Virus record (IMG/VR): IMGVR_UViG_3300034196_000019
Coordinates: 26,623-90,622 of that record
Source of the DNA: a virus
DNA: 64,000 nucleotides
Strand: one strand, 5' to 3'
Position numbers and translations under genes: made by a program. Under the pieces are notes generated by a model, which saw only the letters and a program-made list of their open reading frames with translations, did not search any database and had not been told where the DNA came from. Position 1 is the first letter of the stretch. Each line of letters begins with the position of its first letter. Below are positions 1-9,385 of the stretch, in pieces.

Positions 1-786
1 GCTATTTATAAGGGGTTCTGGGTACACCTTAAATCTTTCTACAGAGAAGACATCTCTGCTTACACCTACGCATATAAGAGGGTTTATTATGATAGGCGTA
101 TGGATCTTGCGGAGATTGAGGATGAAAGAAAACAGGCTACTCAGGGTGTCACGGTGATGTGGGAGGGTATAGAAACCCCACTTAAATCTCTCTGTGATTT
201 GTATAGTAGAGATTATGAGGTTATACGAGATAGACTAAATAGTTGGGCAGGAGGCACAGTCTACAGTCGAGTAATCTATGATGAAAATCCTTATGTTTCA
301 TTCGAGCTTGCTGGAGCCGGAGGGGTGGTGTACCAGTTTAGTAATAAAAATGAGCTGGTAGACTATCTTGGAACTATTAACATAAGGGTAGATGAATACT
401 TACCTCTTTGTGGTGGAAGTCTTGTTGTGCTTAAGGAGCTTATACGGGACCATAAGCGTACTGATACTAGAACCCTTTACACAATAGGAGAGGTTACAGG
501 ATACAAGGAATTCTGGTATCGACACTATGAGACTACCGAGTCTAGAGTTACCGAGAACATGAGCAAACATAACCTACCATTCGTTGAGGCTGTTCAGTTG
601 CCAATCCAGAGGATCAAACGACTGGTTGTCAATGGTGAGACAATGTTAGTGAAGAATATGTGGCAGTCTTATGGTCTAGATGCAAAGCTCTGCAATACAA
701 TCAGAAGCCAAAAGAAGCTGACATTTATTCAAACTCTCAATATTATGGGAGTACCCATTCAAGGGTTATCGATCCAACCCGTGTAA
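1..786 (+). CDS. 5'-truncated ORF with repeated small DNA-binding-like modules (homing-endonuclease C-terminal type)
   Basis: Frame is open from base 1 (AIYKGFWVHLKSF...) into the tracked ORF at 100; repeated motifs such as VMWEGIETPLKSLCDLY and LVVNGETMLVKNMWQSY; followed by a terminator. Confidence 0.5.
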   Translation, partial: AIYKGFWVHLKSFYREDISAYTYAYKRVYYDRRMDLAEIEDERKQATQGVTVMWEGIETPLKSLCDLYSRDYEVIRDRLNSWAGGTVYSRVIYDENPYVSFELAGAGGVVYQFSNKNELVDYLGTINIRVDEYLPLCGGSLVVLKELIRDHKRTDTRTLYTIGEVTGYKEFWYRHYETTESRVTENMSKHNLPFVEAVQLPIQRIKRLVVNGETMLVKNMWQSYGLDAKLCNTIRSQKKLTFIQTLNIMGVPIQGLSIQPV

Positions 787-795
787 AATACACTC

Positions 796-821
796 GCCCA
801 CCAATTGGTGGGCTTTCTTTT
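796..821 (+). terminator. Rho-independent terminator
   Basis: GCCCACCA-AT-TGGTGGGC followed by TTTCTTTT. Confidence 0.85.
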
Positions 822-2252
822 ACCTATAGAAATCCTCGCATACCCCTTGTATTGCCTAGCAATGAATGTATACTACTTAAGGCGAGGTAGCATTACTTGG
901 AGACAATCACCAACCCTGCATGAAATTTAAACTCCCTGGAAATTAGCTTTGTATTCGTTGGGTGTTATTGTTTATCTTGGGGAGCAAATCCTGAGATAGT
1001 TCATATTCTATCGTCTCGATAGGAATGGGGCTTGATAGGATGTGCTGGGACAATAGACCCCCTCTATCATAATCGCAAAATCCGTTGAGCTACTCTATTA
1101 GCTCATATACCGACCCCCCAATGCTACGCATTGGCTATATCTATCACTTATTGCAACGCAATGTATTAAGACTATCAATGAACTATACTACTTGACTATT
1201 ATATTCTTCTCTGAATGGACCTCAAGAATCGTCAATTTAACAAGCGGACGGGCATATTGTAGATTATGCGAAGTCTTGTTACACTTGTAACAGAGGTTTA
1301 TGCACACTTGACAGACCTTTGTCAACCAATGATAAATCATTGAATAATACTATACCATCAGCATTACTGATAGCTTATACCCTTCCCTTCGTTTACGAAG
1401 AACATTCTCCCACTCATAGCATATTATATTCTTCTCAGATAAGAATTGATAATGAATTGTAGCTATTATGTTCTAATCTTCGATTAGGAAATACAATTGG
1501 ACAAGATATATTAATTATTGGCGAGATATTCTCTTGTGATGCAAGAAAGTAGTTGATTTAGTTTAGATAGAAAAGTGTGCTTAACATATCGAGAGAGTAG
1601 GGAACATATAAGCAGTAATAATAAGTTACTAACAGTAAGTAAGCCTTATAGAGAGGATATCCCAGGGGTAGATAACAATACTCACTGCTATGCAGTGGAT
1701 AAAGAGCCTATTACCACAAGAATTAGCACAATACAAGAAGGTATTCGAGGAGTGTAAATACTATTCTTTGCATGAGCAAAGAATAGGAACAATATATCCA
1801 CAGTTTCACTGCGTAGGCCATATGTTATAAGGCTTTCACTATTATAGAGGTATGGTTATATACAGAGAGGAGTAGCTCTATATTCTGTGCTGTAGCACAG
1901 GACAGTGTAAACTATTGGCGCTGCCAATGAGTGGTGCTGATACATGCCTTGCATGTGATATGAGTAATGCTTTCACTGCAATGCAGTGGATACAAGAATG
2001 TTCCATGTGTCTCACATGAGATAAGATCAAGATCACAAGCTAGAGCTTGGATTTGTGTTGAATCTATTTTTATTTAACTGCGACAGCAGGAGCGTATGTG
2101 GTGTTATCAAGATCGCAAGATCAAAGGCGTACACTCTCCATTGCCCTGCAATGTGCTTACTCTGTCCAATGCGTTCGCATTGAATATACATACTCCTCTA
2201 TCATTCTGATAAAGACAGCTAGAAGTAATTATATCAGACAAATACTGTTGAC
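822..2252. other. Long non-coding, palindrome-rich region between convergent transcription units (candidate origin, terminus or structured element)
   Basis: No credible ORF with RBS; about 20 short inverted repeats; direct repeats ATTATATTCTTCTC (1198, 1423) and CACTGCNATGCAGTGGAT (1683, 1974). Confidence 0.7.
2024..2070 (+). repeat. Dispersed element, copy A (inverted copy at 32774-32820)
   Basis: 42/47 identity by manual alignment, including perfect AGAGCTTGGATTTGTGTTGA (2042-2061). Confidence 0.9.
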
Positions 2253-2277
2253 AAAGAAAAGCCCCAATGAAGGGGCT
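2253..2277 (-). terminator. Rho-independent terminator
   Basis: AGCCCC-N6-GGGGCT with an adjacent A-tract (U-tract on the minus strand). Confidence 0.75.
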
Positions 2278-2603
2278 AATAATTAAATCTTAACAAGATG
2301 GGAGAAGTCTCTCCCTAGGTCTTGGAACCACCTACCGGAATTGTGCCAATAATAAACACAGTACTCCATAGGAATTTCATTTATAGATTTATAGAAATTC
2401 CCAAACTCATCAGTGTGAGTGGCACCTGTGGGGGTTTTCTTATTCATGTCAACAGACCTCGTTAAGAATTTGCAACTCGTTATAGGCATTATACAGTAAC
2501 ATGTTGTCTGTGTATAAGATAAATGCAGCGTCTCTTGATTCTTCTTCATCAAAGCTTGATATTTCAATCACCTTACTATTCAGTAAGAAAATAAGATAAT
2601 ATC

Positions 2604-2840
2604 TCACTCTTCCTCCGTTATGAACAAACAGTTCAGAGCTTCAAGATCCACATAGTGACCATTACCAATAGTACCTTTACCTACACGATCAATTTTAACG
2701 TGGGTATTATTGCTATATTTTGGAGTTGTCACCCAGAATTTATCGTCAATCTTTACAGAAACAGGGCGTCCTTTAGCACCAGGAACTTTCATTGTGAAAG
2801 CTTGCTTTGCAATAAGTTCTGTACCCTGCTTCATATTCAT
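2604..2840 (-). CDS. Hypothetical early protein
   Basis: ATG with AAGGA RBS directly downstream of a promoter. Confidence 0.65.
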   Translation of the reverse strand: MNMKQGTELIAKQAFTMKVPGAKGRPVSVKIDDKFWVTTPKYSNNTHVKIDRVGKGTIGNGHYVDLEALNCLFITEEE

Positions 2841-2898
2841 GGTTTGAATCCTTATGTTGTTTACTTTGGAACAATCTGTTCCGTTTTTGTATGTGTCT

Positions 2899-2926
2899 AT
2901 TCTATCATTCTAGCCCTCTGTGTCAA
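2899..2926 (-). promoter_or_regulatory. Sigma70-like promoter
   Basis: TTGACA-N16-TAGAAT. Confidence 0.6.
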
Positions 2927-3009
2927 CAGAAAATACGAAGAAATGTTGGATATTTTGAAAGTATTTTCACCGCAAGAATTTATGCTTATATCCTCTATAG
3001 GGTTTTATC

Positions 3010-3807
3010 TTATAGAGGATTTGCATTTTCTTGTGACAAAAGTGGGACATTTGTGTCACACATATACTCTGTGCCCTGCACAGTCTCTTGAATTTCTTGA
3101 GGCACCCAACGATATACAGTGCGTCTAGTCACTCCTAGAATGCTTGCGATACTCTTAACAGAACGACCCTGGCTCTTCATAATCAAAGCCTTCTCACTAT
3201 TAGGAACCACCCAACCAGATGTCTCTTCGATCTTCTCGATATCTAGCTTACTAGATAATGCCTCACCACTAAGCATCTCTAGCTTCTCAGATTGTTCCTT
3301 AGCTAATAGCTCTAACCCGTCTACTTTCTGTTTCAATTTGCTAAATGCTGACACACTGGTAAGCCCCGACATAATTGAATCACTATTCCTCACAGCCTTC
3401 TTAAGCTCGACAGAAAGATGCCCAAACCTTTGCTTACCAAACGAATCAGGCAACACTTTAACAACATAAGGGTTATGCCTCCATGTCTTGCTCCTTGCCT
3501 CTAGCACCCTCTCAGGGTCTTGATTATGCTCAATTGCTGCATAGATTAAACTCTCATCGGGGAGACAGTTGTTATCTACTTGATATGTATATGCACTCAC
3601 TCCAAGCTGTTTGCTAATAGTGAGAGTGGTGCTATTGTCTTTCATCTGCTTAAAAGCCATCAATTCTGCCTTCTTAGCGGCACTAAGTACAGCCTTGTGC
3701 CCATCATCAAATGATAGCAATAAACTGTTGGCCTCAATCACTCTTCGATAAGCCTCCTCTTTTGTCACCGTTGGGACAATTTCAAACTGTGCATATTCTT
3801 CAGTCAA
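3010..3807 (-). CDS. Coiled-coil protein with C-terminal HTH DNA-binding domain
   Basis: C-terminal GRSVKSIASILGVTRRTVYRW is a typical HTH; coupled to the upstream nuclease gene. Confidence 0.7.
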   Translation of the reverse strand: MTEEYAQFEIVPTVTKEEAYRRVIEANSLLLSFDDGHKAVLSAAKKAELMAFKQMKDNSTTLTISKQLGVSAYTYQVDNNCLPDESLIYAAIEHNQDPERVLEARSKTWRHNPYVVKVLPDSFGKQRFGHLSVELKKAVRNSDSIMSGLTSVSAFSKLKQKVDGLELLAKEQSEKLEMLSGEALSSKLDIEKIEETSGWVVPNSEKALIMKSQGRSVKSIASILGVTRRTVYRWVPQEIQETVQGTEYMCDTNVPLLSQENANPL

Positions 3808-4515
3808 TTAGTACCTCCAGGAGGTTTTTAAACTCTCAAGTGTTTTGTCTCTCAATTCAACCCTATTCCTCTCGTTCATCTCATCTCTATCGTCCTGCAG
3901 ATGCTTTGTGTAAAGCCAATCAATGTCTTGTTGTACGCAGAGGTAAGCTAAGGCCTGAGTCCATTCTTTATCTTTATGGTCATACCTAATCAACTCGGAA
4001 CAAACTCCAGTATCCAACAAGATATCAATATCTACCTTCTTAGACCAACCAAATAGACTGAAGATTTCTGTAATAGCAACAGCATCTTGATATCTGGACT
4101 CAGGAATTAACGAAGAATTGATTGTCTCATACTTATGTTTTGCCATCTCCACAAGCCCTTCAGCCTGGAACACAGCAAATGATAACACTGCTCCGAGTAA
4201 CTGAGTTTCTAGTCCCGTAGGCGCCTTTAACCACTCCCCACGCACCCTATACCTATCAAAGGCATCTAGTAGGAGTTTCTCTGTTTTCCGAGCGTTATCT
4301 GAAGGCATAGACAACACCTTTACAGTAGTTATACCGCTTGCTGTCTCAATATTGCTAACCCTTCGATTAGGATCAGCAGAGACGCCAACTTTCACCATTC
4401 CAAGGGCATTGACTAGGACATATACCTCTTCTTTACTACCTGAAGCGATAGCCTCTTGCAGGTCTCCGCTAAAGCGGTTTGCTATATCATTAATTTGCTT
4501 ATAGTCTTCAGTCAA
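3808..4515 (-). CDS. T5orf172/MUG113-type GIY-YIG nuclease
   Basis: VYVLVNALGMVKVGVSADPNRRV...EKLL...RVRGEWL. Confidence 0.8.
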   Translation of the reverse strand: MTEDYKQINDIANRFSGDLQEAIASGSKEEVYVLVNALGMVKVGVSADPNRRVSNIETASGITTVKVLSMPSDNARKTEKLLLDAFDRYRVRGEWLKAPTGLETQLLGAVLSFAVFQAEGLVEMAKHKYETINSSLIPESRYQDAVAITEIFSLFGWSKKVDIDILLDTGVCSELIRYDHKDKEWTQALAYLCVQQDIDWLYTKHLQDDRDEMNERNRVELRDKTLESLKTSWRY

Positions 4516-4721
4516 TTAATAATACCCTTTCCGATTGTTTACATATCTACGGTTGTGTTCTCTTTGTAGCCTATCATGTCGTTCTTGCTGCTCTTTCTGA
4601 GACATGTGGCGTAGCCAACCTAGCCCAGTTCCTGTACATTCTCTACACTTGCAAAGGTTATACGGCTTCACCTCTTCCATTAATTCCTCCAAATGAGAAT
4701 GCCCTCAAGAGAGGGCTGTTG

Positions 4722-5114
4722 TTAATCATAAGCATAGTACAATGTAGGTTCCACATCCTCTTCATACAGAGAATAACCAATAAAGGTTTTATCTGCTAGC
4801 TTCTCGACGTATGGTGTAATCCAATCAAAGAATGCCTCAATTTCCCCATCATAGTTCTTAAGATCAGATCGACTGCAAAGGAACCATTGCTTTGCGATAT
4901 CATCATACTTAAAGCTCGTTGTAGCGAAAGGTTGGTGGTAGTAGCTTGAGCAAGTCAACAAAGCACCCCACCGCGGCTTATTGAATAGAGGGTGATTGGG
5001 TAGGTATACTGGGTACTCTTCCTCTCCCACCATCCCTTTCAATAAGTCCACCACATCATCAGGAACATCCTCTTTCAGTGTCACCTTTACAAACATCTCT
5101 GTATACATGCCCAT
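4722..5114 (-). CDS. Conserved phage hypothetical protein (MGMYTE N-terminus)
   Basis: Strong GGAG RBS, 130-aa ORF, terminator hairpin downstream at about 4698-4717. Confidence 0.7.
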   Translation of the reverse strand: MGMYTEMFVKVTLKEDVPDDVVDLLKGMVGEEEYPVYLPNHPLFNKPRWGALLTCSSYYHQPFATTSFKYDDIAKQWFLCSRSDLKNYDGEIEAFFDWITPYVEKLADKTFIGYSLYEEDVEPTLYYAYD

Positions 5115-5135
5115 ACTATTTATCTCCTATTTTGA

Positions 5136-5527
5136 TTAAGGGTTCCCAGCTTTCCAAATACCTTGTTCCTCCCTCCTACGTTCAATTTCCAACAGCTCAG
5201 CCTCTTGCTGTTCATCGCTCATATTTTGCTTATAAGCAGCCTTGCGCTTCTTTAGCCAAGCCGCTTTCCCAAGAGAGATAAGGGCGTCTGCATTAGATGA
5301 GATACGTTGTTCCAGGGTAATCATTCAACCTCACGCACTCGCTCAAATACGAGATTGTAGCACTCTAGAACCTCTTCTGACCTTGCTAGAGACCAAGGGA
5401 GAATAGCTGAAGTACTTACTCCCCATTTACCCTCAATATTATTATTCATACAGATAATTTCTCTTTTGTCCACAGTACCAATTACTTCTTGCCAAGTACC
5501 GTGATCAATATATTCCACTTTAATCAT
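5136..5527 (-). CDS. Two coupled small hypothetical proteins (5136-5324, 5321-5527)
   Basis: ATGA overlap, GGAG RBS. Confidence 0.6.
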
Positions 5528-5552
5528 TTCGTATCTCCTGTTTATTAATTAT

Positions 5553-5800
5553 TCAAACATAACACAAAGAAAAGCTAAAGAACCAAACGCCCATATTCTC
5601 GCTATATTCTACCTTTGGCTGCTTAGTTTCAGGGAGAGCCATCTTGTAGCACAAGCGGAGGCAAGCAATCTCTGAACCGTACACGTACATTGTGTTGTCA
5701 ATTTGCTCGCATACCACTATGTAATAGTACGTACATCCTCTTTTGTGAAGGCTTTGTAAGAGGAAGCAAGATGGGAAAGTTGAATTTTAGTGGCTTGCAT
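5553..5800 (-). pseudogene. Frameshifted small early gene (MQATKIQLSHLASSYKAFTKEDV / VCEQIDNTMYVYGSEIACLRLCYKM...)
   Basis: First frame stops at TAG 5717-5719; a protein-like second frame runs 5714-5553 with no usable RBS. Confidence 0.6.
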
Positions 5801-5841
5801 GGTGGTAAGTCCTTTGGTACGTTTCTGTTTGGTATGTGAGT

Positions 5842-5869
5842 ATTCTAACAGAACCATCAGCCTATGCAA
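5842..5869 (-). promoter_or_regulatory. Sigma70-like promoter
   Basis: TTGCAT-N16-TAGAAT upstream of ATG 5800. Confidence 0.55.
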
Positions 5870-6274
5870 GTATTATTCTCTCAGACTACCTATTATTTCA
5901 AAGAGAAACAGCCTATTTCTAATGCTTTTTAGCCCCTAAAAGGCGCGATAATCTTTTGTCTAGACTATCCTACTGCTTAAGGGTTTAGTCCTCTAAATAG
6001 CTATCAGGAACGTCATTCTCTGCATCTTCAAAACCAGCGCAATAAGCTGAGTGACCACCTTCTTTATGCTCTGAGCACCAGTCACTGTAATCAATCTTGA
6101 TATTACCATTGATATAATCATTATAACCAAGATCATATGCTTTTTCATTTACATTGAGTTGTTCAGTAGTCATCTTCTCAATCTCCAGGGTTATTTGCTT
6201 TCTTGTGACTAATTCTACAGCACACATATTCCCTGTCAACAGATATTTTCATGAGAATTGAGATTATTTTAGAC

Positions 6275-6299
6275 AAAGAAAAGCCCCGCAAAGCGGGGC
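6275..6299 (-). terminator. Rho-independent terminator
   Basis: GCCCCGC-N3-GCGGGGC plus U-tract. Confidence 0.85.
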
Positions 6300-6306
6300 A
6301 GTATTC

Positions 6307-6669
6307 TTAAGCGGCAACAGCTTGAACATTCTGAAATTCTGTAGTACCCCCAGCAGACGGTGTACCACCTGAACCAGGGCCTCCATTATTAGGACCACCC
6401 CCCTTTGGAGGCTTTCCACTAGGAGGACGCGGCTTGTCATCTCCATTAAGTCCTTTCATCTTATGATAAAGCCACGCATAGCGTTTCTGAGACTCTTTGT
6501 CAAGAGGAAAGCTAACGGAGATGCTGCCGTCTTCTTTCACAAGCACACTAACCTGTTTAAAGCCTTCAGATTCCTGGAATTTGTACGCCTCCAGCAAGCT
6601 AGGAGCGACGATAGACAATATGTGACCACTGATACGCATTAGAGATTGATCAATCTTATGATTACTCAT
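6307..6669 (-). CDS. Hypothetical protein with Gly/Pro-rich tail ending -QAVAA
   Basis: ATGA-coupled 120-aa ORF, last gene before a terminator. Confidence 0.75.
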   Translation of the reverse strand: MSNHKIDQSLMRISGHILSIVAPSLLEAYKFQESEGFKQVSVLVKEDGSISVSFPLDKESQKRYAWLYHKMKGLNGDDKPRPPSGKPPKGGGPNNGGPGSGGTPSAGGTTEFQNVQAVAA

Positions 6670-7109
6670 TTGATGTCCTTTTTGGTAGGAGTTTCTGGTT
6701 CTTGCAACTCTTTCTTAGCCTTAGCAAGAAGCTGCTTAAGTACATCTACTCCATCGCTTGCTAAGTCTTTAGCCACAGGATTCTCGATTAGCTTCTCAGT
6801 GCCATAAGCTGCCACCATATAGTACATTGTCTTTTCACTTGGGACAAGATTAGCAATTAGAATTGACAACAAACTAACCGGAATCAACTTAAAACACAGA
6901 CTGCTGATACGCTTACATGTGGAAATTTTCTTTACCATGTCTTGTTTCTCATCTTCTGATGCCCATACCGTGGCACTATCAAATGTACCAGACAAGAACC
7001 CAAAGCCGGCGGCGGTAGACACAAGAAGGCCAATTGAGCCAAGTATGCCAAAAGTCGCTGAAATACTAGGCAGTACACCAATCAAATATACAATCAATAC
7101 TAAGCTCAT
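6666..7109 (-). CDS. Membrane protein with 2-3 TM segments
   Basis: Hydrophobic segments; PSEKTMYYMVAAY motif common in phage membrane proteins. Confidence 0.75.
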   Translation of the reverse strand: MSLVLIVYLIGVLPSISATFGILGSIGLLVSTAAGFGFLSGTFDSATVWASEDEKQDMVKKISTCKRISSLCFKLIPVSLLSILIANLVPSEKTMYYMVAAYGTEKLIENPVAKDLASDGVDVLKQLLAKAKKELQEPETPTKKDIK

Positions 7110-8738
7110 TTGCTCTCCCCTTTTAGTAGTTCTTTCATAAAATTATCGAGCGCAGCAGACTTCTCACAGGATAGGGCACCAATAGCCACTCCGGATGTAA
7201 TTTGAGAATATTTACCGTCTTCAATATCCCGAAGCATGCGGTAAGCTCGGTCCTTTAGGTCATAAATATCAATAACGATAGCAGCCATTATTTTATTTCC
7301 ATTCTGTAAAGTGAGTACGATTCCATCGTTGTTTTCTCTGCTCAAGAGACCAGTAGCCGCTTTTATACATAATAATACCGACAAATGTAGATACTATAAA
7401 CAGTACGATCAGGCCAGCCTGCAAAAATACTTCCCAATGTAACATGTTCTCTCTCCTCAAATCTGTTTAATTAGCTTAGCTTTACTTAGATCACTAGGAT
7501 CATCCACGCAAAGAGTAGCAAGCCATACGGAGGAAGTCAAGCGAGACTTGATGTGAATCACGCCTACATTCTCGCCCATGGCTTTATACATTCCGTGCAA
7601 TCGTGTTGTGATCATGGCAATTCCTCTTCGTTAATTTCTTGAGTCTCAGTATCAATCGAGACAATTTCAAATACTGTTTCACCAATCTTATGCTTAGTGA
7701 GCCAGCCTGTCAATCCTTTTTCATCTTCCCATGCTGATAAGTATTGTGCATTGTGAGAAGATGTATTGAGGATAGCATCTGCTTTATTTGAGGCCGTGTC
7801 AATATAATAATCAGAACACAGGGACATTATGCATACCACTGCGACAGATGCAAAGACAGGCATTTACTTTCTCCTAATAATCAGCGTTCGTACACTACAC
7901 CATCATCACACAAATAGCTAGTCTTTCCTGGGATGTATGTATTTACTGTAACAATTTGAGTAGTTGAGCCAGCTATTAATCCAGATGTTGTAGATACTGT
8001 GCCAGATGTTTTACTAACGATCTTGCAATTATGTTCTTTTGAGAACTTATCCCACCGCTCAATTTCGTTAACACTTACCCATACAAACAAGGCAAATACC
8101 AGCAGACAACCCAGGACAATGCCAATCTTTTTAATACTCATTTAGTCTCTCCGTATATGGTTAGCTACATCTATAAGCGCATTTTTGCTAGAGCGTGTTA
8201 GCTACACTGGCTCTGACAGTCTTTCACTTTGTACATATGATATATGCGACAACTGTTACTGCTAAACACAAAGGAACCATGAAAATAATTGCTAAGCTTA
8301 ATATTAACATATAGCTACCAGAACCATATTGTAAATCATCCAGCTTGTGATAGCCACTGTCAACAGTACAGGAATTCCCACGACAATGCCAAATACTGTA
8401 GATAGGGTACATAGTAGTATACGTTCTTGCTTATGTGTGAGCATGATACTCTCCAATTATTTATTTGTTGTAGCAATCTTATTGGAATGTTCTCAATGGG
8501 TCAAGAATATTCTGTAAGGTTACTTGCTCTGCTGTTCGTCAATATCAGCAGCAAAACTGAAGAACATCAAGCCAATTTCTCGCAAGTCTTGTCGAGTGAG
8601 ACCTGTCAAGCTGGAGGAAACAGCAGGATATCCGTTGTAGTCTGCGCAAATTGACAGGGAAGTACGGGCGTCTTCATCTGAACTAACTTCAACTGAGATG
8701 CCACCATTATCAATGTGACGATGATATGTCTTTTTCAT
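7106..8738 (-). other. Cluster of small early ORFs, several with single TM segments (e.g. 7612-7863, 7881-8141, 8520-8738 and untracked ORFs under 60 aa starting near 7445 and 8444)
   Basis: Tightly packed ORFs with GGAG RBSs downstream of the promoter at 8799-8826. Confidence 0.65.
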
Positions 8739-8798
8739 TTATTTATCTCCTTTAATAAGAGACGTTGTGTCTCTGTGTGTACTGGGTATGTGTGATGA

Positions 8799-8896
8799 AT
8801 TCTAGAGGGTCACCCCTGTCAAGCAAAGAATTGGGGGAATTTGTATTTATTTTAGAGCTTTATTCTGGGCGAAAGAAAGCCCCGCAATGCGGGGCT
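8799..8896 (-). promoter_or_regulatory. Terminator (8872-8896) followed by sigma70-like promoter (8799-8826)
   Basis: GCCCCGCA-N-TGCGGGGC plus U-tract; TTGCTT-N16-TAGAAT. Confidence 0.65.
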
Positions 8897-8901
8897 ATTG
8901 T

Positions 8902-9309
8902 TCAAACATGGGTTACTCTATACAGACTACTCACTTCTGGGAAGGTCTCGTATCCATTGTGCTCAGGGGTACGCCAACAGGTGTCCATTTTGTATGCAAC
9001 AATTACACCATCTTCATTTACAACATACTCAGCAGCAAAGAACTGCTCATCCTCAAGACCATAATGTGTTGCAATGTATTCCTCAAACATACTCCCTCCT
9101 TATTTAATTTTCTTAGCTGCTTTGGCTAGATGTTCAATACCCTTGAACCAATCTTGGAGGATACTGTCGTCATTACCCAGATACAGGTCAGCCTCAAGAA
9201 ATACTTCCCCATGAACGCAAGCGTTATTCAGAGCTACAGCTAACCCTTGAGCACCATGTTCCATGATAATTGCTTTGATCAGAGATTCAGCGAGAGCATA
9301 CTTAGACAT
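8902..9309 (-). CDS. Two small acidic hypothetical proteins (8902-9090, 9100-9309)
   Basis: GGAG RBSs; upstream TTGACT...TAGAAT promoter at about 9355-9382. Confidence 0.65.
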
Positions 9310-9385
9310 TTTGTTTCTCCTATTAGGAAGGCTTATCCTCCCCTCTTGTTACCCATTCTAGAGGATTTTAGAGGGGAGTCAAGGA

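Noticed and set aside
1680-2185. CRISPR or mini-CRISPR array
   Set aside because: The palindromes differ in sequence, the spacers are only about 13-17 nt, and there are no cas genes
822-2252. tRNA genes or a suppressor tRNA in the non-coding regions
   Set aside because: No T-loop GTTCRA with a cloverleaf and acceptor stem seen by eye here or elsewhere; tRNAscan would confirm
1575-2286. Tracked ORFs 1575-1757 and 2098-2286 (also 32733-32991)
   Set aside because: No convincing RBS, atypical composition, and they overlap the hairpin arrays
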